This document shows, in pieces, positions 44,073-52,681 of a stretch of DNA of 64,000 nt. The notes under the pieces were generated by a model that saw only the letters and a program-made list of their open reading frames with translations, did no database searches and was not told the DNA's origin. Position numbers and translations under genes: made by a program. The stretch's first letter is position 1. Each line of letters begins with the position of its first letter. Source of the DNA: an uncultured Actinomycetota bacterium (lineage in GTDB: Bacteria; Actinomycetota; UBA4738; HRBIN12); the NCBI GenBank assembly GCA_963746335.1, contig CAVVAK010000009.1:244157-308156 (forward strand). The letters run 5' to 3'.

Positions 44073-45157
44073 GCGATGAGCGTCCCGAGCAGCGGACAGG
44101 GAAGGCGACCGCCGACCTGTTCGAGCAGGTCATCCTCCGGCGCCTGGGGGCGCAAGACGACGACGTCCTGGTCGGTCCGCAACACGGTGTCGACGTGGGC
44201 GTCGTCCGGGTCGCGGGGGGGATCGCCATGGCGCTCACGGCGGATCCGGTCTTCATCGTGCCCGCGTACGGCTGGGAGCGAGCCGCATGGTTCGCGGTGC
44301 ACATCCTGGCCTCCGACGCCTCGACGAGCGGACTGCCCCTTCGTTGGATGTCGGTCGACCTCAACCTGCCCCCGGGGACCTCGGATGAGGATCTCACGGC
44401 TCTCTGGGATTCCTTCCATGCGTCCTGCGCGGATCTCGGCATCGCGATCGTGACCGGACACACTGGGCGGTACGACGGATGTGAGTGGCCGATGGTGGGC
44501 GGGGCGACCTGCATGGCGCTCGGACCGTCGGACGCCTACGTGACGCCGACGATGGCTCGTCCCGGAGACGCGGTCGTGGTCACGAAAGGCGCCGCGATCG
44601 AGACGACCGCGCTGTTCGCGGCGACGTTCCCCGACCGACTCGCCTCCGGTGTCGGAGAGGAGACCGTGAAGGCGGCCGACGCCTTGTTCGAGTCGATGAC
44701 CGTGGTTCCCGAGGCCGTCCTCGCCCGCGAGTTCGGACTGCGCGACGCGGGCGTCACCTCGATGCACGACGCGACGGAGGGCGGTGTGGTCGGTGGGTTG
44801 CTCGAGGTCGCCGCCGCCTCGAACAGAGGGATCCGGATCGACCGAGACGCGATCCCGATCCGACCGGAGGTGATCGTGGTCTGCGACCACGTCGGGATCG
44901 ATCCGTACACGGCGATCAGCGAAGGCACGCTCATCGCCACCGTCGTCCCCGGCCGTGCCGATGCCTTCGTGGCGGCCCTCGCCGGTGTGGGGATCGACGC
45001 CGCCGTGGTCGGAGAGATCCTGCCGCGCGAGGAGGACCGGATCGTCGTGGCCGGAGGTCATGAGGAGCCGCTGATCCACCCGGGGCTCGATCCGTTCTGG
45101 GGCGCCTTCGGAGCATGGGCGGCGGATGCGGCCTCCGGCAGCGCCGCCGGTCCCTGA
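44069..45157 (+). CDS. AIR-synthase-related (PurM-superfamily) protein of unknown specificity
   Basis: 362 aa with the PurM-fold blocks HGVDVGVV and MHDATEGGVVGGLLE. The start overlaps the thiE stop (ATGA). Confidence 0.75.
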   Translation: MSDERPEQRTGKATADLFEQVILRRLGAQDDDVLVGPQHGVDVGVVRVAGGIAMALTADPVFIVPAYGWERAAWFAVHILASDASTSGLPLRWMSVDLNLPPGTSDEDLTALWDSFHASCADLGIAIVTGHTGRYDGCEWPMVGGATCMALGPSDAYVTPTMARPGDAVVVTKGAAIETTALFAATFPDRLASGVGEETVKAADALFESMTVVPEAVLAREFGLRDAGVTSMHDATEGGVVGGLLEVAAASNRGIRIDRDAIPIRPEVIVVCDHVGIDPYTAISEGTLIATVVPGRADAFVAALAGVGIDAAVVGEILPREEDRIVVAGGHEEPLIHPGLDPFWGAFGAWAADAASGSAAGP

Positions 45158-45181
45158 GCCGCCCGTTACGCTCTGGCGCCG

Positions 45182-46057
45182 ATGGACCTGATCTGCGTCG
45201 GCGACGTGATGCTCGATGTGCGTGTGGACGCGGGCGAGCTCGCACGGGGAGGCGACGTCCACGGGCGGGTCGCCCTCCAGCCCGGGGGAACGTCGGCCAA
45301 TGCGGCCGTGTGGGCCGCCGAGTCGGGCGCGACGACCCGCGTGCACGGCCGTGTGGGCGCCGACGTCGTGGGGAGGCTCCTTCGCACCGAGCTCGAGGTT
45401 CGCGGCGTCGAGACGTCACTGGTCGAGGACCCGGACGCTCCTTCCGGCACGATGCTCGTCGTGTTCGAAGCGGGTGAGCGCTCGATGGTGGCCGATCGAG
45501 GAGCGAACGCTCGATTGGCGCCGTCGGATCTGCCGCTCGAGCTCGAGGCGGGTGCCGTGCTCGTGTCGGGGTACCTGCTCCTCCAGGGTGGGGCCCGTGC
45601 GGCGGGCCTCGAGGCGATCCATCGGTCCCGATCCGAGTGGATCGGGGTGGAGGCCGCCTCGTGGCCGCTGGTCGAAGCCCTCGGCCGTGAGGCGTTCGAC
45701 GAGCTCGCCGCGGGTGCGACGGTCATCCTCGCCAACGAGCGCGAGGCGGAGGCGCTGACGTCGATGGAGGCGATCCCCGCCGCGCGCGCGCTCGGCGAAC
45801 GCTACCGGGCGGCATGCGTCAAGCGAGGTGCCGCCGGGGCCGTGATGGTCATCGACGGGCAGATCTACGAGTCGACGGCCGAAGCCGTGGAGGAGCGCGA
45901 TCCCACGGGGGCGGGCGACGCCTTCGATGGCGTCGTCCTCGCCTCGCTCGCCCGTGGCGTCGCGCCCGAGGAAGCGCTCGACCGGGCATGTCGGGCCGGC
46001 GCACGTGTGGCGGCCAGCGCATCCGTGTGGCCGCCGGTGGCGGTGATGCCGTCCTGA
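45182..46057 (+). CDS. psuK: PfkB-family carbohydrate kinase, probable pseudouridine kinase
   Basis: 291 aa with GGTSANAA and DPTGAGDAF motifs. It is directly followed by psuG. Confidence 0.7.
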   Translation: MDLICVGDVMLDVRVDAGELARGGDVHGRVALQPGGTSANAAVWAAESGATTRVHGRVGADVVGRLLRTELEVRGVETSLVEDPDAPSGTMLVVFEAGERSMVADRGANARLAPSDLPLELEAGAVLVSGYLLLQGGARAAGLEAIHRSRSEWIGVEAASWPLVEALGREAFDELAAGATVILANEREAEALTSMEAIPAARALGERYRAACVKRGAAGAVMVIDGQIYESTAEAVEERDPTGAGDAFDGVVLASLARGVAPEEALDRACRAGARVAASASVWPPVAVMPS

Positions 46058-46059
46058 CC

Positions 46060-46980
46060 GTGCGGCTCCGCGTCGGCGACGAGGTCGCATCCGCGCTCGC
46101 GGGTCGAGGCGCGTTGGTCGGTGTGGAGACGAGCGTGATCGGCCAGGGGCTGCCTCACCCTCGCAACGTCGAGTGCCTCGCTCGGATGACGGACGCGATC
46201 AGAGGCGCGGGAGCGATCCCGGCGTGGGTCGGCGTGCTCGGAGGGGAGGTGGTGGTCGGGCTCTCCGACGAGGAGCTCGGCCCGTTCACCGAGCCCGGCA
46301 GGGCGGACAAGGTGGCGCGCCGCGACCTCCCGGGGGCGTGCGCGCGCGGCCGCCTCGGCGCGACCACGGTGTCCGCGACGATCTGGGCCGCCGCGCGCGC
46401 CGGGATCGACGTGAGTGCGACCGGTGGCATCGGGGGTGTGCATGCGGGCGACCATCTCGACGTCAGCGCCGACCTCGTCGAGCTCTCGCGCACCCGTGGG
46501 TTGTTGGTCTGCAGCGGTCCGAAGTCGATCGTCGACCCGGTGGCGACGTCGGAGCGCCTCGAGGAGCTCGGCGTGACCATGGTCGGCTACGGGGTGAGCC
46601 GCCTGCCCTTCTTCCTGACGCGGGAAGCACCGATCGACCTGGAGCATCGCGTCGATAGCCCCGACGAAGCAGCCGCGATCCTCGCCGCAGCGATCGAACT
46701 GGACACCCGCTCAACGATCCTCCTCTGCAACCCGATCGTCCCCGCGATGGCGATGGATGCCGATGAGGTCGCGGGCGCCACACGGCGCGCGGGGGAGCGA
46801 GCCGCGACGGAGGGCATCCGGGGGAGGGCGAGCACGCCGTACCTGCTCACCGTCATCGCCGAGCTGACCGAAGGGCGCTCGATGGAGGCGAATCTCGCTC
46901 TACTTGCTTCGAACGCCGCGCTCGCCGGTCAGGTGGCGGCCGCCGCTGCCGGCCTCGGCCGATCCGACCGTCGTGGGTGA
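46060..46980 (+). CDS. psuG: pseudouridine-5'-phosphate glycosidase
   Basis: GTG at 46060 (track ORF 45814 trimmed). It has VALETSVI-like GVETSVIGQGLPHP, TTVSATI and ATGGIGGVH. Confidence 0.85.
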   Translation: MRLRVGDEVASALAGRGALVGVETSVIGQGLPHPRNVECLARMTDAIRGAGAIPAWVGVLGGEVVVGLSDEELGPFTEPGRADKVARRDLPGACARGRLGATTVSATIWAAARAGIDVSATGGIGGVHAGDHLDVSADLVELSRTRGLLVCSGPKSIVDPVATSERLEELGVTMVGYGVSRLPFFLTREAPIDLEHRVDSPDEAAAILAAAIELDTRSTILLCNPIVPAMAMDADEVAGATRRAGERAATEGIRGRASTPYLLTVIAELTEGRSMEANLALLASNAALAGQVAAAAAGLGRSDRRG

Positions 46981-48852
46981 GGAAGCGTCGAGGTCCTCCC
47001 CGCGACCCTGGGCTCTCTTCCAGGAACCGACCGCGAACGCGAGCCACCCCAGGGTTCCGATCGCGAGGGCGGTGATCACCCCGCCGCCACGCCCCAGCGG
47101 GAAGCCCAACCGGCCTGCGACGAGGCCGCCGATGGACAGCACCGCGATCCCCATCGCCGGTGAGAGACAGACGGCGGCGAACGCGGGGAGCCCGGTCATG
47201 AACAGGGTCCACCCGAGGCCGATGAGCAGCGCCGTCACCACCGAGACGGCCGTCAAGCGGATCAGCTCGCTGCTCTCGCTCGGCTCGATCGGTGCGACGG
47301 TCAACCGAGCGGGAGGCTTGGGGCCCGCGAGCAACGTGACCCCGGGTCCGAGGGCGGTGCCCTTGAGCGGTGCCTGGTCGCTGTACCCGGCGAGGTGCAC
47401 GGCGATCGTGTCCGGAGGATAGCGGGAGGCGAGCCTCCGCCGGAACTCGCGGGTGTCCCCGAAGAAGTCCACTCGCCAGGTCTTCACGGACAGGAAGCGT
47501 TCTACGGGCAGGGTGACCTGGAGGGCCCTGAGGGGACGGAATATCCCCGGCCGCATCGGCACGACCACTCGCGTCCCCGGGGGGATCCGCTCGAGGTACG
47601 CGGCCACGGTCGAGGCCTGCCCCAGCTGCGCCGGGGTGAATCCGGCCCGTTGATCCGACCACGTGTCGGCACCGGCCATCGAGAGCCATGAGGCTGCCGC
47701 GAGCACCAACACGGCGCTCGCGATCGCGCCCGCGGCTCCCCACGCGGCTCCCCCTGGACGCGACGCTCTCGCGTCGGTCCACAGACGGGTCGCCCCCGCC
47801 CCGAGCACGATGAGCGCGGGGACGCCGAGCGCGAACGGGACGATGCGATGCGGGATCGTCATGTCCAAGACCTTCCACGCGAGCAGGCCGGCGGGAGCCG
47901 CGAGGGCCCACATCGCCAATGGGACGGCCGTGCGCCTCGACGCCGACTTCCCGGAGAGCAGCATGATCGCCGCCCCGGCGGCAGCCAGCGGGATCGTGAT
48001 CGCCAGCATCATCTCCGGCAGGCGCTGCGCGATCTTGACGGCCGCGTCCTGCTTGGTCGACGGGACCCCGTGGGGCAGTTCGGGGGACGCGAGGAGCGCG
48101 AGGGCGCCGACCACCACGCCGAGCCCGACGACGACGAGGAGGCGCGCCGGGTGCGGTGTTCGTCCTTCGCTCGATGGTCCGCGACTCCGCTCGAACACGA
48201 ACACGCCGGCCGCGTAGGCCACGAGCAGCGCGGCGAGGCCGATCGCGAAGAGCCAATGCGCGATCGCCGCGGCGCCGAGCAGGAGGACGAGCGCTGCTGC
48301 CCCTTTGTGACCGGTGCCCACGCGCACCGCGAGGGCGATCGCAGCGACCGCGAACACGTCGAGGAGGAGGTTCGAGGCGTACCCGATCGCGGTGAGCGCT
48401 ACGAACGGCGAGCCGGCCAGTCCCACGCCCACGGCGACGGCGACCCATCGCCGTTCACCGGCTACGCCCGCGGCCAGGGCCGCCCCCGCGGAACCGATCG
48501 CGATCGCGAACAACGCGGGCCAGATCCGTGCCAGATCGAGGGGCGTGCCGCCGCTGATATCGCGAAGCACGCTGGTCACGATGGGATGGGCGGGCCGTTC
48601 TCCGAACGGATCGAGCTCGTTCAGGCCGAGGTCGTGCACGATCCGCGACCGGATGATGTACACCGAGGTGTCGACACCGTGCGGGAATCGATCAGGATCC
48701 TCGATGAACGGACGGAGGTAGATCCAGCCGAGGACCACGGCCAGTGCCAGGGCGAGGATCGTCGCCCAGCCGACCCTGACGATCGTCTCGGCTCGTACCG
48801 GGGGCGTCCGTGCCGCGTGTCGCCCGTGCGGCTCGGACATCACCGCAGCCAA
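46900..48852 (-). CDS. large polytopic membrane protein, putative lipid-carrier-dependent (GT-C-like) glycosyltransferase; paralogue of 55648..57618
   Basis: 650 aa with more than 10 TM helices, a first-loop PHGVDTSVY block, a soluble domain and extra C-terminal helices. The start overlaps the GT2 stop by 13 nt. Confidence 0.7.
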   Translation of the reverse strand: MAAVMSEPHGRHAARTPPVRAETIVRVGWATILALALAVVLGWIYLRPFIEDPDRFPHGVDTSVYIIRSRIVHDLGLNELDPFGERPAHPIVTSVLRDISGGTPLDLARIWPALFAIAIGSAGAALAAGVAGERRWVAVAVGVGLAGSPFVALTAIGYASNLLLDVFAVAAIALAVRVGTGHKGAAALVLLLGAAAIAHWLFAIGLAALLVAYAAGVFVFERSRGPSSEGRTPHPARLLVVVGLGVVVGALALLASPELPHGVPSTKQDAAVKIAQRLPEMMLAITIPLAAAGAAIMLLSGKSASRRTAVPLAMWALAAPAGLLAWKVLDMTIPHRIVPFALGVPALIVLGAGATRLWTDARASRPGGAAWGAAGAIASAVLVLAAASWLSMAGADTWSDQRAGFTPAQLGQASTVAAYLERIPPGTRVVVPMRPGIFRPLRALQVTLPVERFLSVKTWRVDFFGDTREFRRRLASRYPPDTIAVHLAGYSDQAPLKGTALGPGVTLLAGPKPPARLTVAPIEPSESSELIRLTAVSVVTALLIGLGWTLFMTGLPAFAAVCLSPAMGIAVLSIGGLVAGRLGFPLGRGGGVITALAIGTLGWLAFAVGSWKRAQGRGEDLDASSPTTVGSAEAGSGGRHLTGERGVRSK

Positions 48853-49883
48853 GTCTGGATGATCACTTTGAGGAAGTTCCAGCCGTAGCGGAACGACTTG
48901 GGCTTCTTCGACTCCCCACCGGCTCGCGCGAGGAAGGTGACCGGCACCTCGACCACGCGGGCCCGGTGTCGGAGCGCCTCGATCAAGATCTCGCTCGTCC
49001 AGAACTGATCCTGCTTCAGGACCACCTTCTCCAGGAGTTCGGTCTTGGCCGCTCGATATCCCGACGACGGATCCGTGATCCGCTGTCCCGTCAGGATCGT
49101 GATGATCCGCGAGAAGAGGTGCACGCCGAGATGGCGGATGAGGCTCTCACGCTCGAAGGTGCCGAGCAGGCGCGATCCGTTGACGTAGTCGGCCTCGCCG
49201 GCGAGGATCGGCGCGATCACGATCGGGATCTCCTCCGGCAGGTGCTGTCCGTCCGAGTCCAGCGTGACGATCACCTCCGCACCGAGGCGGAGCGCGATCT
49301 CGTAGCCGACGCGCAGAGCCAGCCCTCCCCCCCGCCGGATCGGCAGTTCGGCCACGAACGCCCCGGCCTCACGGGCCACGGCCGCGGTGCGATCGGTGGA
49401 TCCGTCGCTCACGACCACCGGCACGACGTGATGGCCCTCGACCATCGCCGGGATCTGCTTGACCACGGCTGCGACGTTCTCTGCTTCGTTGAACGCGGGC
49501 GAGATCGTGACCAGCCGAGGGCCGTCCGGGAGACTTCGCGCCCGATCCCAATCGAACCGTTCCTGGCCGAGCGCCTCGACGAGCAGCCGGATGCTGCGCT
49601 CGTTCGTATCGGCCGAGGTCTGTGCCCGCAGGTAGAGGAAGAAGAGCACCCCGACGGCGACCAGCAGGGCGAAGATCACGCCGTCGGTTCCCCGTTCGAA
49701 GTCGAAGGTTCGCAGGAGCGGGTCGAACAGAGGCGGATAGATCGCGAGCGCGAACACGGAGGTGCACAGTGCGAACAAGATGATCAGGTTCAGCCGGCTG
49801 ATCTGACGTCGGTCGTATCCGCGGACGACCATCACGAACAGCCCGACCGCCGCGAGACCGGCGAGGATCCTGATCGCAGGCAT
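48840..49883 (-). CDS. family-2 glycosyltransferase of polyprenyl-phosphate-sugar synthase type with a fused N-terminal 3-4 helix membrane module (DUF2304-like)
   Basis: 347 aa. The N-terminal 100 aa are hydrophobic. These are followed by VTISPAFNEAENV, VVVSDGSTD, LDSDGQH and DPSSGYRA GT2/Dpm1-like blocks. It starts 3 nt after the sqdB stop. Confidence 0.8.
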   Translation of the reverse strand: MPAIRILAGLAAVGLFVMVVRGYDRRQISRLNLIILFALCTSVFALAIYPPLFDPLLRTFDFERGTDGVIFALLVAVGVLFFLYLRAQTSADTNERSIRLLVEALGQERFDWDRARSLPDGPRLVTISPAFNEAENVAAVVKQIPAMVEGHHVVPVVVSDGSTDRTAAVAREAGAFVAELPIRRGGGLALRVGYEIALRLGAEVIVTLDSDGQHLPEEIPIVIAPILAGEADYVNGSRLLGTFERESLIRHLGVHLFSRIITILTGQRITDPSSGYRAAKTELLEKVVLKQDQFWTSEILIEALRHRARVVEVPVTFLARAGGESKKPKSFRYGWNFLKVIIQTWLR

Positions 49884-49886
49884 GTG

Positions 49887-51062
49887 CTAGCTCGAGGAAG
49901 CCTCGAGCCCTGGCCGCCACCGATCCCGGGGCAGGATGGCGTCCGCGATCACGCGATCCTTGTGACGCTCGATCACGCCGAACATCGACTCGACGAGCGT
50001 CTCCGAAAGGAAATGTGGCTGGAGTCCGAGGTCCATGAGCTTCGTGTGCTTCGCGTTGTAGTAGTGCTCTTCCAGCTCGATCCGCGGATTCTCGATCGGT
50101 TCGATCCCGATGGTGAGTCCGTGTTCCTTGCCCGCTCGTTGCACGATCTCCGCGAGCTCCATCACGGAGAATTGCTCGGTGAATTGATTGAACACGCGGA
50201 ACTCGCCCCGATCGGCAGGGTGCAGCACCGCGAGCTCCACGCACTGCAAGGTGTCCACGATGTTGAGGTAGCCGCGTGTCTGGCCGCCCTTCCCGTAGAC
50301 CGTGAGCGGATGGCCGATCATCGCTTGCACGCAGAAGCGGTTGAGCGCCGTTCCGAAGACGTCGTCGTAGTCGAAGCGGGTTGCGAGACGCTCGTCGAGC
50401 CTGGTCTCGTCCGTCTCGATCCCGTACACGACGCCCTGGTTCAGGTCCGTCGCGCGGGTCCCCCACATGCGGCACGCGAAGTGGATGTTGTTGGAGTCGT
50501 GCACCTTCGAGAGGTGATAGATGCTGCCCGGGAGCTTGGGATACAGGATCGTCTCTTTCCGCCCGTTGTGCTCGACGTCGAGATAGCCCTCCTCGATGTC
50601 GATGTTCGGCGTCCCGTACTCGCCCATCGTGCCGAGCTTCACGAGATGGGAATCGGGCGCGAACTCGCGCATCGCCCACAAGACGTTCAGGGTGTTGACG
50701 ACGTTGTTCTGTTGGGTGAACACGGCATGGTCCCGATCACGCATCGAGTAGGGCGCGGAGGGCATCTCGCCGTAGTGGACGATCGCCTCCGGTCGGAAGT
50801 CGCGGAACAGATCCGCGGTGAGGTCCCACTCCACGAGGTCACCCTCGGTGACCGTGATCTCCTTGCCCGAGATCTCGTTCCAGACCGCTGCCCGGTCCGG
50901 CAACGACGGGAGGATGGGGACCAGGGTGTCGGTGCCCACCTCCTCGTGCGCCCTGCGCCGTAGGTAGTTGTCGACGACGTGCACCTCGTGACCGCGATCC
51001 GAGAAGCGCATCGCGGTCGGCCATCCGAGGTATCCGTCGCCACCGAGGATCAATATCCGCAT
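49887..51062 (-). CDS. sqdB: UDP-sulfoquinovose synthase
   Basis: 391 aa. It has long blocks that match plant SQD1 as I remember it: GGDGYLGW, HLVKLGTMGEYGTPNIDIEEGY, YHLSKVHDS, RATDLNQGVVYG, FGTALNRFCVQA, GHPLTVYGKGGQTRGYL, FRVFNQFTEQFSV and EEHYYNAKHTKL. Confidence 0.92.
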   Translation of the reverse strand: MRILILGGDGYLGWPTAMRFSDRGHEVHVVDNYLRRRAHEEVGTDTLVPILPSLPDRAAVWNEISGKEITVTEGDLVEWDLTADLFRDFRPEAIVHYGEMPSAPYSMRDRDHAVFTQQNNVVNTLNVLWAMREFAPDSHLVKLGTMGEYGTPNIDIEEGYLDVEHNGRKETILYPKLPGSIYHLSKVHDSNNIHFACRMWGTRATDLNQGVVYGIETDETRLDERLATRFDYDDVFGTALNRFCVQAMIGHPLTVYGKGGQTRGYLNIVDTLQCVELAVLHPADRGEFRVFNQFTEQFSVMELAEIVQRAGKEHGLTIGIEPIENPRIELEEHYYNAKHTKLMDLGLQPHFLSETLVESMFGVIERHKDRVIADAILPRDRWRPGLEASSS

Positions 51063-51198
51063 GGAGCGGTCCTTTCGCAGTCAGGGATCGTCGAAGGTCT
51101 GGGATCGCCGGATTCTACAATGCGGGATCGAACGGACTCGCAGCTGCGAGCGCGCACGACCCTCCGCTCCGGCCCCCTTGGTAGCATCCCGCCCCGCG

Positions 51199-52648
51199 AT
51201 GCCCATCCTCCGAGTCCTCCGGAACACCACGCTCGCGCTCACCCTGGTCCTGGCGGTGCTCGCCGCCTGTACGGGATCTCCCGAGCCACCCGGCCCGGGG
51301 CCCGATCGTCAGGACCCCACGCCCACGTCGCTGACGGAGGACGAGCTGCGACAGGTCGAGGGCGTGCCGAGGTTCCTGGTCGACCGGCTCCAGAGGCACC
51401 TCGCCGAAGAGCTCTCGCGGCCCGATCAGATCACGCTGGCACGCCGGAAGATCGAACACATCGTGTTCATCGTGAAAGAGAACCGCACGTTCGACCACAT
51501 GTTCGGTCGCTTCCCCGGAGCGGACGGTGTGACGTCGGGGTGGACGTGTGACGGTCGGCGGGTGCCGCTCCGACCCGCCGGAGACCGCGTCCCGGAGATC
51601 GACCACGGATTCGTCGAAGGTCTCGTCGCGATCAACGGGGGCCGCATGGACTGCTTCGATCGCCTGGGCGGAGGTGAGGACCTCGACTCCTACCTGACGT
51701 ACGACCGGGAGGGGATCCCGAACTACTGGGCCCTGGCGGACCATTACACCCTGGCGGATCGATTCTTCAGCTCGATCTACGGCCCGACGGGGGTCGAGCA
51801 CATGTGGGTGATCGCCTCGCAATCCGACCGGTTCGTGGACATGGAACGCAAAGGACAGTACGGGGTCCGAGAGCCGCGGGAGCGGTGTCTGGACCCGGCC
51901 GAACGCGCGTACTCGTTCAAGGTGCTCACCGAGGAGGAGGAGGATGACGCCTTCCGGCTGGAAGAGATCCCCGCGATCGTCCCGCTCACGACGAAGTATT
52001 GGACGGAGCGGTGGCCGTGCAGCGACATCAAGATCCTGCCGGACCTCCTGGAGGAGCGGGACATCTCCTGGAGGTACTACCAGGGCGGCCACTCACAGAT
52101 GAAGGTGATGGATGGGATCAGGCACGTTCGGTTCGGACCGATGTGGGAGAAGGTCGTCGACAACGAGGATTTCCTTCCCGACCTCGAGAACGCCGAGCTT
52201 CCCCAGGTCTCCTGGCTCGATCCCTCCCGACGGACTCAACGACCACCCTCGTGGTGGCAGGGCGAGCATGTGCGAGGGAGAGAACTGGACCGTGGAGATC
52301 CTGAACGCGCTCCAGCAGAGCCCGTACTGGGACGAGACGGCGGTCGTCCTCACGTGGGACGACTTCGGCGGGTTCTACGATCACGTCGCCCCGCCACACG
52401 TCGACCTGTACGGGCTCGGGCCCCGCGTCCCCACGATCGTCATCTCGCCGTGGGCACGACCCGGCTACGTCGATAGCCGGACCTACGAGTTCTCCTCCGT
52501 GCTGAAGTTCATCGAGACGGTGTTCGATCTCCCCGCGTTGACCGAGCGGGATCGCCGGTCGAGCGACATGCTCGACGCCTTCGACTTCCTCCAGCGCCCG
52601 TTGGACCCGTTGATCCTCGAGCCACGCGAGTGTCCTGAAGCGGAGTGA
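51199..52648 (+). pseudogene. phospholipase C / acid phosphatase (phosphoesterase) family lipoprotein gene interrupted by a +1 frameshift near 52219
   Basis: It has a lipobox (LAVLAAC) and IVKENRTFDHMFG. Frame 1 carries LPQVSWL up to 52218. The family sequence then continues in frame 2 as [10 protein letters not shown]...[15 protein letters not shown] to 52648, while frame 1 becomes Arg-rich junk. Confidence 0.8.
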
Positions 52649-52681
52649 CCGACGGCCGAGACGGGCGCGCCGCCGACATCG

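Noticed and set aside
44069-45157. AIR-synthase-related protein as selenophosphate synthetase (SelD) supporting the Sec-FDH.
   Set aside because: It lacks the N-terminal Gly-rich loop with Cys/Sec-Lys that characterises SelD. Its context is a TPP riboswitch and thiE, not sel genes.
51061-52648. Treating 51061..52476 and 52112..52648 as two overlapping genes, or as a programmed frameshift.
   Set aside because: Together they form one phosphoesterase-family protein broken at about 52219. The tail of frame 1 and the head of frame 2 are junk. No slippery heptamer or downstream structure is evident.
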